Source of the DNA: Podarcis vaucheri
Taxonomy: Eukaryota
Reading direction: 5' to 3' (one strand)
NCBI GenBank assembly: GCA_965113315.1
Contig: OZ220364.1
Length of the DNA stretch: 64,000 bases
The notes below the pieces were generated by a model. It saw nothing but the letters and a program-made list of their open reading frames with translations, searched no databases and was not told the origin of the DNA. Below are positions 37,842 to 55,832 of this stretch, in pieces (position 1 is the stretch's first letter; every line of letters starts with the position of its first letter). Made by a program: the position numbers and the translations under genes.

Positions 37842-38769
37842 TATGTAGTTGATTTACAGTAGACATTTCCAGTCTGCTGTGGTAGAATTTCCTAAGAAGT
37901 GGCACCGTGTAACACTGGCCATTGATACAGTTGGCTAGGAGTTAAAGTTTATGTGCAAGTCCTCGTGAGTTCTCCGTGAATTGCAGAGAACAAGTCTGGC
38001 AGTTGGCAGGTCTGTCTCTAGACCCTCCTCCAAAGATGACCTGAGGCACATTGTTCCTAAGCCCTTCAGAGGGAGGGTGTGTGTTTCTGTAAGAGGCACA
38101 AATCAAGTGTATCAGAAGGTAACGTAGCAGTGTTACATGTTTGTTTTAGTGTTGCGATTCCAAGAAATCCCAGTTTTGGCTGGTCGGTGACTCATACACG
38201 TAGCTATACCAAGCAAATTGGATTACATGATGACTCAGCGCTTACTCGGCAAGTTAAGGTTTGCATCCATGCCAGGGAACTAGTTTGGAAAAGAGAGTAC
38301 AGTATCTGCCCCCTTCATGAGTCATGAAAGTAGCTTTCACCCACGGAAGCTCATGGAAGAGAAGATGATAAACTTATCACCACCTTATTTCTACAGTGCT
38401 GAGCTAATTTCCATTCTTTACTTTTAAAATATTTCTTTTCCTGGGAAAACTGATTCACAACTTCCTAATGAATCAACCCATCCATTCATACAGTCTTAAG
38501 AGAGACACTTGCCAGTGCTGCGGACAGGACCATATATACTGCGTCAAGGCTGGAAAGCAAACTCCTACACAAAAGAAACACAAATTGCCCTGAATAGTGG
38601 AATTCTGTGATCTGTAAACACTCTGCTACTGTTCTCTGCTTCCGCTGAAGCCCTTTCCCTGATTACAGGAAACTGCTCATGCTCCTTATTTTCCCCCAAC
38701 AACTGAGCATTTGATATTTTACCAAGCATTTCCCACATACTCTTTAAGTCTTCGCTGCCTTTCTTTCCC

Positions 38770-39135
38770 TTTTATTACTTTATTTTATTTCAATATTCAA
38801 AGTTATACCATGCCACTCAGCGGTTATAATCCTATTCTACAATATTAATGACTCACTCACACCCAGTGTTTATAATCGCAATTATATTTTAAGAATTCCA
38901 TCCTATCCGGTTTCATTCTTTTTAACAGATTTCTTACTATGTTCTGCTATTTTTCTTCTTAGACTTCAAGCCCTGCTGTGAACTTAGCCTATGGAAAGTT
39001 ACCAGAAGAGTTTCCCAGTCCTCCTTGAAAGATTCTAAACTTGTGTCTCTTATCAGTGCCGCCAGTTTTGCCATCTCTGCGTCTTCCATGATTTCCATCA
39101 GCCAGTCTTCCTTTGAAGGTAATGCCGTAAGCATA
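38770..39135 (-). mobile_element. L1-like LINE 3' fragment
   Basis: Encodes LPSKEDWLMEIMEDAEMAKLAALIRD; similar to the 62987-63187 translation. Confidence 0.55.
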
Positions 39136-39286
39136 CTTCTCTTAACACAGCAGTATTCTAAGCCTGGTTATTTTTTTTAATTTTTTTTATTGGGTTTTAT
39201 AAACAAGAGTAATGTTGTACAAATAAGTATACCAAGTCTAATCCTGGTTATAACTAGGTATTGCTGTCGGTATTGAAGAGGTTGAT

Positions 39287-39636
39287 TGTGGGTTAAAGCC
39301 TCAGCGCCTAGGGCTTGCCGATCGAAAGGTCGGCAGTTCGAATCCCCGCGGCGGGGTGCGCTCCCGCTGCTCGGTCCCAGCGCCTGCCAACCTAGCAGTT
39401 CGAAAGCACCCCCGGGTGCAAGTAGATAAATAGGGACCGCTTACTGGCGGGAAGGTAAACGGCATTTCCGTGTGCTGCGCTGGCTCACCAGATGCAGCTT
39501 TGTCACGCTGGCCACGTGACCCGGAAGTGTCTCCGGACAGCGCTGGCCCCCGGCCTCTTGAGTGAGATGGGCGCACAAACCCCAGAGTCTGTCAAGACTG
39601 GCCCGTTCGGGCAGGGGTACCTTTACCTTTACCTTT
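39287..39636 (+). mobile_element. Sauria SINE (5'-truncated), first of a tandem pair
   Basis: Near-identical to 2696-3054. Confidence 0.88.
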
Positions 39637-39646
39637 TATGCGCTAG

Positions 39647-40005
39647 GGGACGTGGGTGGCGCTGTGGGTAAAAGCCTCAGCGCCTAGGGCTTGCCGTTCG
39701 AAAGGTCGGCGGTTCGAATCCCCGCGGCGGGGTGCGCTCCCGTTGCTCGGTCCCAGCGCCTGCCAACCTAGCAGTTCGAAAGCACCCCCAGGTGCAAGTA
39801 GATAAATAGGGACCGCTTACTGGCGGGAAGGTAAACGGCATTTCCGTGTGCTGCACTGGCTCGCCAGATGCAGCTTTGTCAACGCTGGCCACAGGACCCG
39901 GAAGTGTCTCCCGACAGCGCTAGCCCTCGGCCTCTTAAGTGAGATGGGCGCACAACCCTAGAGTCTGTCAAGACTGGCCCGTACGGGCAGGGGTACCTTT
40001 ACCTT
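39647..40005 (+). mobile_element. Sauria SINE, second of a tandem pair
   Basis: Near-identical to 2696-3054. Confidence 0.88.
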
Positions 40006-40029
40006 ATAGCCCACTAGGGGCAGCAATGT

Positions 40030-40505
40030 TGTTTAGTCGTGTCTGACTCTTCGTGACCCCATGGACCAGAGCACGCCAGGCACTCCTGTCTTCCACTGCC
40101 TCCTGCAGTTTGGTCAAACTCATGCTGGTAGCTTCGAGAACACTGTCCAACCATCTCGTCCTCTGTCGTCCCCTTCTCCTTGTGCCCTCCATCTTTCCCA
40201 ACATCAGGGTCTTTTCTCATGAGGTGGCCAAAGTATTGGCGCCTCAGCTTCAGGATCTGTCCTTCCAGTGAGCACTCAGGGCTGCTTTCCTGAAGAATGG
40301 ATAGGTTTGATCTTCTTGCAGTCCATGGGACTCTCAAGAGTCTCCTCCAGCAGCATAATTCAAAAACATCAATTCTTCGGTGATCAGCCTTCTTGATGGT
40401 CCCGCTCTCACTTCCATACATCACTACTTGGGAACACCATAGCTTTAACTATACGGACTTTTGTTGGCAAGGTGATGTCTCTGCTTCTTTTTAAGATCCT
40501 GTCTA
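40030..40505 (-). mobile_element. BovB/RTE LINE 3' fragment
   Basis: Translates to YGSESGTIKKADHRRIDVFELCCWRRLLRVPWTARRSNLSIL and RRRGRQRTRWLD...EDRSAWRALVHGVTKS, typical of the RTE-BovB ORF C-terminus. Confidence 0.88.
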
Positions 40506-40676
40506 GGGCAGCAATGATTGGGATACAATTGTAGACTGGACACTGGATTTTTTTCCAACTAGAATTTGTAAATTGGTAAGACGCAGCGTGGTTTTGTTTT
40601 GTTTTTTAAGCCAAAGACATGAAGGAAAATAGAAGAAGAGAAAGGATTGGTGAAAAGGGGGTCAAGCTGTTCATTT

Positions 40677-40835
40677 GACAGCAGAATGTACTCCCTTGGA
40701 AGGTCGTGGTCTCTCCTTCACTGGAAGTTTTTAAGCAAAGGTTGGGTGGCCATCTGTCATGGATGCTTTAGCTGAGATTCCTACATTGCAGAGAGTTGGA
40801 CTAGATTGGTCCCTTCCAACTCTACAATTCAATGA
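40677..40835 (+). mobile_element. CR1 LINE degenerate 3' end
   Basis: Similar to the 32740-32910 segment of the CR1 copy. Confidence 0.65.
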
Positions 40836-40873
40836 TTCCTGGACAGGATGGGAGGAGAGGAAGACTTTTAAAG

Positions 40874-41182
40874 CATGGGTAGGCAAACTAAGGCCCAGGG
40901 GCCGGATCCGGCCCAATCGCCTTCTAAATCTGGTCCGGGAATCAGCGTGTTTTTACATGTGTAGAATGTATCCTTTTATTTAAAATGCATCTCTGGGTTA
41001 TTTGTGGGACCTGCCTGGTGCTTTTACATGAGTAGAATGTGTCCTTTTATTTAAAATGCATCTCTGGGTTATTTGTGGGGCCTAGGAATTCATTCTTCTT
41101 TTTTTCAAAATATAGTCCAGCCCCCCACAAGGTCTGAGGGACAGTGGTCCGGCCCCCTGCTGAAAAAGTTTGCCGATCCCTG
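40874..41182. mobile_element. Non-autonomous hAT element with an internal tandem duplication
   Basis: Homologous to 50135-50364; imperfect 8-bp TSD TTTTAAAG/CTTTACAG. Confidence 0.82.
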
Positions 41183-42739
41183 CTTTACAGTAATCATTTC
41201 TGATGCAGATAGGGCTCTGAGGCTACCTGTTCCAAGGTACTTCCAAAGACGTCACAACCTTTGTTTTAGCTTTCTCAAACATTAAACCAGAAGTTCAGGC
41301 CATGCGTCTCTCTTGCCCTTTAAAATAGGTAGAGCACAGTGTCCCCTTCAAAAAGAGAGAGAAGTGTTTGCTGTTTTGCAAGCCACATGAGAAATGCTTG
41401 CTTTCTAAGAGTAAACAGGGCCCTTTGCCAGAAGTTCAGACTGACTTAGGCTCATCAAAGAGAGGAGAGCCTGCCAAGCAATCTTTTTTGGGGGCCTTTT
41501 GATAACGCTGAGGATGTGTCAGAAGGAAAATGAACCAATATTACTTTATATATGTGTGTGTGTGAGAGAGAGAGAGAGAGGGAGCGCACACGCACACGTG
41601 TAACTTGGTATTAATGTAACGTTTTTATATGCAACCTGTGTATTTTTGTAATATTTTGTTTGTCTATTGTTGCTTCAGTTTTCCGGACACTGCTTGGAGA
41701 TATGTTTAATATATTAACCATTATCAAATTGAATAACCAGTTATTGCGTTTTACTAAAATATTGAATGACAGGGGGAATCTCATGTACAGATGCCCTTTC
41801 TGTCTTTTATTTAACCACAGTTGTTATCTCCAATCGTTACACACACACATTCATTCATTAAGTTTGGCCTTTGACAGTGAACTTGAGTCTGGGAGGTTTG
41901 AGAACAGTCCGCCTCTGAATTCTTGGCTTGCAGCGGGTGCTTCTTGGCTTTTCTTCCTTTCCCCCTCTTGCTATCACAGGGCTTTGTTTTGTTTTGTTTA
42001 TTCAAGTATTTACTCATGCCCCTCATTTAACTAGGTCACTCTTTTTCTGCCCCCCCCACCCCTTGGTCGCATGGAATGACCTACCAATTTTGTATCTTCA
42101 GCTGCACATTCTTTCCCCAAGGTCATTGATACACAACTGGAAACATCTGTCATAATACTGGTCTTAGCAGGACTCAACCAGCCCATTCCACCCACCTCTA
42201 GTGACTGCTTATACTGACAATGTCTCGTACTCCTTGCTATTCAAGCTGGTTCTTTCTACTTTTCAAGTGCCCTCCCCTGATAACATTCATTCTGCCATTT
42301 CAGATTAGGCTGGTGCTGATGACTGCGAACAACTAGCTTTCAGACCTGGAAACTGAGTCAGTTTTGTCCAGTTTCTCAGAAGATCAGAAGGTTGGCATCT
42401 TGTAAAATTTCAGCTCTGACTTTGTAGTTGTCAGCTTTTTCATGCCCTGTGTATGCTCATTTAGTTATAAAACTGGCTGATCTGCTGGTCCCAATATAAT
42501 TTCCCACAATGCAGGGGATTGGGCTGGATGACCTTTGGGGGACCCTTCCAGCTCTACAATTCTATGATTCTTTGATTCTATGATTGCATCCCGGGGATAC
42601 AATTTACTGTTCCATGGTTTTGATAGGATGGCAGAGCCCTTTGTGACAAAAGCCAAAATGGCCAGGGGTACAAGTAGCATACTTCTTGGCGCAGGTAGGT
42701 AGCTGTGTTGGTCTGCCATAGTTGAAACAAACAAACAAA

Positions 42740-42885
42740 AAAAATTCCTTCCAGTAGCACCTTAGAGACCAACTAAGTTTGTTATTGGTATGAGCTTTTG
42801 TGTGCATGCACACTTCATGTACACAAAAACTCATACCAATAACAAACTTAGTTGGTCTCTAAGGTGCTACTGGAATGAATTTTTA
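42740..42885. repeat. Long inverted repeat (hairpin), probably Penelope-like element derived
   Basis: Perfect 46-bp arms at 42749-42794 and 42830-42875, extending inward 12/14 to a 7-nt loop. Confidence 0.85.
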
Positions 42886-42941
42886 TTTTGTTTTGTTTAT
42901 ACTTCTTGGCAGTTCTAACTGTGGGTACTGTTTTTGATCTG

Positions 42942-43831
42942 TGTTATAAGAGAAACTGCTCCCTTTCCCTTATGGGGTATTCCAGAGCCCGTATAGAGTC
43001 CTAGCAGTAGGAGAAAATAACAGAGGCCAACCAGAGTACAGTGGGACCTCTGGATGCGAACGGGATCCGTTCCGGACCCCTGTTCACATCCTGAAGCAAA
43101 CACAACCCGCGTCTGCGTGGCTCGCAATTTGCCGCTTCCGCACATGTGTGTGACGTCATTTTGAGCATCTGTGCGAGCGGCGAAACCCGGAAGTAACACG
43201 CTTCATTACTTCCAGGTCACCACAGAGCGTAATCTGAAAACACTCAACCTGAAGCGCGTTTAACCCGAGGTATGACTGAATATTGAGAAGCAAAACGGCT
43301 AGTAAGCCTGATCTTTATTAAAGGAACTGTTGCAACATGGTCCCCACTCACCACACTCAGGAGGGAGAACCCTAAACGATGGTGTGCAAGCCCTTTTATA
43401 GACTTTTGAAATTGCCCACCCTGTAGCCCAAGACCACCATCTCAAAACATACATACATACATCACAAAAGAAGGCAGTCTACAGCAGAAATCCTGCCTGG
43501 TCACTGATTGCAATGGTCACTGATTGCATTACCTGGGCAGTCTGGCCATTCTTTTGTGATGGTTAATACTTTAGTTCCTGAATCCAGGTCACAGGCCCAC
43601 CCTATTCATATACAAATATGCCCTTAAGACAGGATTTTCAAGCAAAAAGACAATGGGAAGGCTTTCCCTGTTTGCCTCCCTTACTGCAGAGGAATATTTG
43701 AGTTCATTGGGAGAGTCAAAATGGCTTCAGGATTGCTCTCACATACTATTTCAGACGCATGGTTCATATATTTAGATATTTGCATTTATGAATATTTATT
43801 CTACACTTGAGACCTTAAAATTCTTAAAACA
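42942..43831 (-). mobile_element. Solo LTR carrying a MITE insertion
   Basis: TGTTATAAG...CTTAAAACA termini, 5-bp TSD ATCTG (42937-42941 and 43832-43836), minus-strand TATAAAA near 43395 and AATAAA near 43317. Confidence 0.8.
43039..43278 (+). mobile_element. MITE family B nested in a solo LTR
   Basis: TA|CAGTGGGACCTC ... GAGGTATGACTG. Confidence 0.82.
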
Positions 43832-45522
43832 ATCTGCAAGTTCTTTTTCAGCTCATACTGCACAGAAGCTGCATTCAGATGCTTGGTTTATTGAACGAGT
43901 TTTGCAGGTTACAATCCAAGCGCTTCTGTCCCAATTTCTAACACTCTTTTTTTCACTGCAGTGCACACACACAAACACATATACATATACATGTGAAACA
44001 GACATTACAACAAAAAAGGCACAGAGGAGAAAAAGAAAGACTGTCCATATCCAAACAATATTCCCCGAGTTTCACAATACATTTATGTGACAAACGAAAG
44101 CTGAACATCATTTGCTGAGCTATGACAGGACAAGAGAAAAGATCATGACCAAAAAAAATTTCCTTTCAGGTCATTCATAATTTTTGTTCAAGTTAGCAAA
44201 ATTAGAAGAAAGTAGCCCGAACAATGCACACCAGCATAGAATTATCATGTTACAAAGTCTTACATGGTGGGAAGGAGAGGATAGGTCAGGTTTTTATTTA
44301 TTAACACAGATAGTAAAATCATAATGCTCCCCGATAAAGTAATCTTTTTCGAATGCGCTTGTGTGCCTTTCATTTTGTAGTTGACCTTCTCTGCAAAGGC
44401 CAGCTGCCATACCTTATGGCACCAGTAATATATTGCAGCTCACTTCAGAGCCTGCCCAAATCGAGCAATGGTTAAGTTGGGATCCCACAAGCAAGCAGGA
44501 GCAAGCTACTATTTGCAGCAAAGACCCCTTAATATGTCCTTGTACATTTAATCCTCTTAAATCCTTGCGCTTGCCTGCCTTCTGCGCTTGTCTGCACAGA
44601 GAACCCTGACTCCTTTATGACCTGTCCTTTGCATGTCCTATCTTGATCATATGGCAGATCTAGACAAAATTGCTATTCTGGTAACCTTCAAAACCTAGTA
44701 AGTATAATTGAGAGTTCAGGCATGAATGTGTTTTTACAGTAAGGATTTCTATGTGTGGGTGGCAAATTAGGATTTTGTTTTTGTATCTTTTTCTCTTCTA
44801 CAGCATCACCCACCCATATATAGGTGGGGGTTGCCTTCTGAGGCACTGTGCGCATAGGTGAAATTGTGTTTAATTGAAGCACCCGTTGAAAAACCCTGCA
44901 GACTAAAACCTCTGGGAACCCCAGAAAAAAAAGACCCTTTTACAAACCAGCAGCCCTACCGGACGGGTAGGAATGGTGGCAATGGAGGCACTCAGTCTTC
45001 CTCATTGCTGAAGCACAATTTGCAAACAATGACAAGCAGGGCGGACCGGTACCCCCAAAGTGCTTGGCTGTGGGTGAGACTCCCTTGGTGGAGCTGATGG
45101 TGTCTTGCGGAGGAACATGATGATGGGCAGCTGGCGCTTCTGCCTCTTCAGTTGGTCAAGGCATTTTTGGGCAGCCTCATGGTCCATGGATGCAGTTTCA
45201 ACACAGGTGCCAATGTTCTTCAAATCGAAGCATTGTTTGAAGTGGGTCAGCAAGCCAGAACTAGCTCAGAACTCCTTATCAGGCTGCCTGAAGTGCACAT
45301 ACAGCATGAGATTCTTCTTGCGCAAGGTGTTGCCATCAATGGGGATATGCTGGCGGTTCATGTCTTCTAGCCATTGGTTCAGTGCCTCACATGCCTTCAA
45401 CAGGGCCTCATCCTGCACGTGCCTGGGGACCTTGGCAGTTGTGGGTGTACAGGCACTCGCTGCCTCCGATGCCCGGATTTTCTTCTCTTGTACTTTAACG
45501 GCACATATGCTGGACTCATTCC

Positions 45523-46178
45523 TGTCAGGATACGCTGGGAGGGGGGGGGTCTTGCAGCCCCCAAGATGAGACGAAACCTCTCTGGGCGTCTTCCTGGTGT
45601 TGCACAGCTCCGGGACGTCCATAAATCAACAGTCCCGGGACGCTGCAGCTTCACATAGCAGATGCCTGTGCGCACACACACTCAGCAGAGATCAGCAGAA
45701 ACGAATTGGAGAATTGTGTGCTCATTCTAAGCTTTTATTCAGCAATATTTACAGGACAAACGATCATGGCGTCCTCTCCCTTCAACTCCGAGAGAGAATA
45801 GAAAGTAAAAAGTACAAAAACACAACAGAGCGGAAGTGATAAGGCTACCTTCCATTCTCAGGCTTTTCCAAACCTAGAAAGTAAATATGGACGTGTGATG
45901 TAACCATCACACACCCAGCAATGGAGGACTGATATACAGTGGTACCTCAGGTTACATACGCTTCAGGTTACATACGCTTCAGGTTACAGACTCCGCTAAT
46001 CCAGAAATAGTACCTCAGGTTAAGAACTTTGCTTCAGGATGAGAACAGAAATCACACGGCAGCGGCATAAGGAGGGCCCATTAGCTAAAGTGGTGCTTCA
46101 GGTTAAGAACAGTTTCAAGTTAAGAACGGACCTCCAGAATGAATTAAGTACTTAACCCGAGATACCACTGTACTAACA
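45523..46178 (-). mobile_element. Solo LTR inserted into a Tigger transposase relic
   Basis: TGTCAG...CTAACA termini, 5-bp TSD ATTCC (45518-45522 and 46179-46183), minus-strand AATAAA near 45735. Confidence 0.8.
45937..46170 (+). mobile_element. MITE family A nested in a solo LTR
   Basis: TIRs plus TA TSD. Confidence 0.88.
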
Positions 46179-47053
46179 ATTCCTACCAAACGTGTGCCAC
46201 AGCACACATGCTCAAGCCACACTGTCAGCAGTCTAGCACTTCCAATTCCTCCTCCAGCGTGGGTACCACTCGCTGCCTCTTGGGTTTGTCATCACCTGAG
46301 GAAGTTAAAGAGGCTGTGCATTTAGGTACCATCTCAAAGAACGACTCAGAAAACACCTCCAAAACCTCCAAACTCCAGCACAATTCCTCTCTCTCAACCT
46401 CCTCTTTCAAATTCCAACTCTCCACAGGTCTCAACGGTTGGTGCAAGGCCTCTTGGGATTGCAATTGTGAAGGCCTGTGGGATTGCAAAGTTCTGTTTTT
46501 GCGCGTTTTCTGACAGCTTTACGCCTCTTCTGGGCTGTTTTAGCGATTCTTAATTCACTTCCAGGTTCGGCACAATGCATATATACACAGTTGCGTACAT
46601 ACTGAATGCATAAATGGGGGGTGTCTGTATATTGGAAATTAATAAAACTATATTTTTATTTTAAAAAGATCTATGCATGGTGGTGGTTAGGAAGAACAGA
46701 TGCTGCTGCTCTTGTGATTTTGTTTCTGTGTGCAAGCATACTGTTGTCTTCTTTTAACCTTGCCTTACATATGTGTGAAAACACTCATAAAATTAACTCA
46801 GCTGTGCATTTGAAAATGACAATTCCGATTTCTGCCAAAGCAAAAATGTGTCTTCCACCCCCCCCACCCCCGCTCCAATGGAAAATTTGTTTTTATTTAA
46901 TTTTGTCTTCTGGTACAGGCAAACTAGGTATGTCAGAAGTTCTCCCTTCTCCAGATCAAATTCAGAAGTCATCTAATGCGGGCTGAGATACACAGAAGAA
47001 GAAAAACAGACATCAATTTAAGATGCCAAGGTGAGAGTTTTGTGGATTTAAAG

Positions 47054-47186
47054 CAGGCATAGGCAAACTCGGCCCTCCAGTTTTTGGCCTGCAACTCCCA
47101 TGATCCCTAGCTAAAAGGACCAGTGGTCAGGGATGATGGGAATTGTAGTCTCAAAACATCTGGAGGGCCGAGTTTGCCTATGCCTG
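47054..47186. mobile_element. Non-autonomous hAT MITE
   Basis: Perfect 27-bp TIR CAGGCATAGGCAAACTCGGCCCTCCAG; perfect 8-bp TSD ATTTAAAG. Confidence 0.92.
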
Positions 47187-47791
47187 ATTTAAAGGGATAT
47201 CACTGGAGGTTTGGAGTGACAGAAAGAATAACTATCAGGGTATTTATACTAAACCAGAAGTACCTGGGCTGAAGGACCCCATCGTGCCAGCGTCTCCCCA
47301 CCACCTCCTTCAGAATTGGTGACTGATATAGCAAGCTGGGCTCCTTTTAAACAAGGAGGCTTAGCTCAAGGAAAGCCGAGCTAGCTACTCAGATGGAGGT
47401 GCAACTTCTGGTTAAGGCTCAGTGTGAGGATGATTATGCCTGAAGCAAAATTTGAGATCTGCTCTTGTGGTGGAGGCCTGAACTCTGCTCTGCATGGAGC
47501 TGTCAAGAGTGCCAATGATGCCCCTCGCCTCACCCAAACCTGAACCCTCATCTACTGAGACTATTGGGGAAATAAGTAGGTGAATAATGTTTTGGCAGCT
47601 GGGTCTGCTCTAGAGACAGTTGTACTTCAGTTGTGTGGAATCTAGGGACCTCCAGAGTGCTATCCTGAACACTTTGCTTCTGAACATGCCCCTTGAACAC
47701 AGAGAGTTTTCTTCAAGGAAGCATTCATAGAAGGAGCGAACTTGTTAGTTGTGTGACCAACCTACCCGTTGATTTCAATATGGCTTAAGTA

Positions 47792-47951
47792 CTGTATTTT
47801 TCTGTGTATAAGATGCCTCCATATATAAGACAACCCCTATTTTTGAGCCCAAAATTAAGAAATAAATATTTTAAACATTCCGTGTATAAGACGACCCCCT
47901 TATACTTTTCCCCTTGGGGGAAAGTATAGTCTTATACTCGGAAAAATATAG
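47792..47951. mobile_element. MITE family D-like (degenerate)
   Basis: CTGTATTTTTCTGTGTATAAGA ... TCTTATACTCGGAAAAATATAG. Confidence 0.68.
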
Positions 47952-48458
47952 CATGTTCTAATTTTTTCCTGGCGTTGGACTTCAGTGTCCAAAGAGTCCT
48001 CATACTTATCTCTACCTTGCAAAGACGGTTGAAGCAGGCTTGCTGTAGAATTGTCTGAAAACTGGAGTCTGTTAATGAATTTGGGATTCTGCTTCCCATA
48101 GATGTGGGGCTGGATTTTCCTGGAATCTTTAGCAAAATTCTGGTGGGTTCCAGCAACTTCCCCTCCATGTTGTCAGAGTTTTCCACCGTCATCAAGTCAG
48201 GCCATCACCTAGAGGCTTGGTATAGGCCAAGGCCTACTCCATATAAATATTATGTGTGCTGCTATTGCCTCTGGGTTTTCCTCCCTCTCATCTTTATTTA
48301 TAATTTTCTCTCTTTTTTTGCAGATGGTGCATATGTTTCTGATGATGTGAAATTCTTACATCGCCTGTGAAGAAAGCACGAACGGAGTTATAAGAGCACA
48401 CTTTTAGCTAACTTGCTAGCATCCATGAGACATTTCCTAGTGGAACATTTCTGATACA

Positions 48459-55832
<7,374 letters not shown>

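Larger units (their letters stand above)
44801..46627 (-). mobile_element. pogo/Tigger DNA transposon relic, internally deleted; transposase pseudogene from ATG 46332 to about 45140
   Basis: After removing the LTR it reads MVPK...KPKRQRVVPTLEEELEVLD...FGRNESSI...EALNQWLEDMNRQHIPIDGNTLRKK...F*ASSGLLTHFKQ...ETASMDHEAA, i.e. CENP-B/Tigger HTH domains. Imperfect CAG..CACCC..CAT TIRs with TA flanks. Confidence 0.75.

Noticed and set aside
2726-39892. Recurrent peptide PFTFPxVSGPYLSTCTxGCFRTARLAGAGTE suggesting a paralogous gene family
   Set aside because: It is the antisense translation of Sauria SINE copies.
42795-42830. Active hammerhead ribozyme
   Set aside because: Neither strand has the complete CUGANGA and GAAA core; at most a relic.
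45002-46488. Domesticated TIGD/CENP-B-like gene
   Set aside because: In-frame stops, a frameshift, an LTR insertion and no DDE domain indicate a dead transposon.
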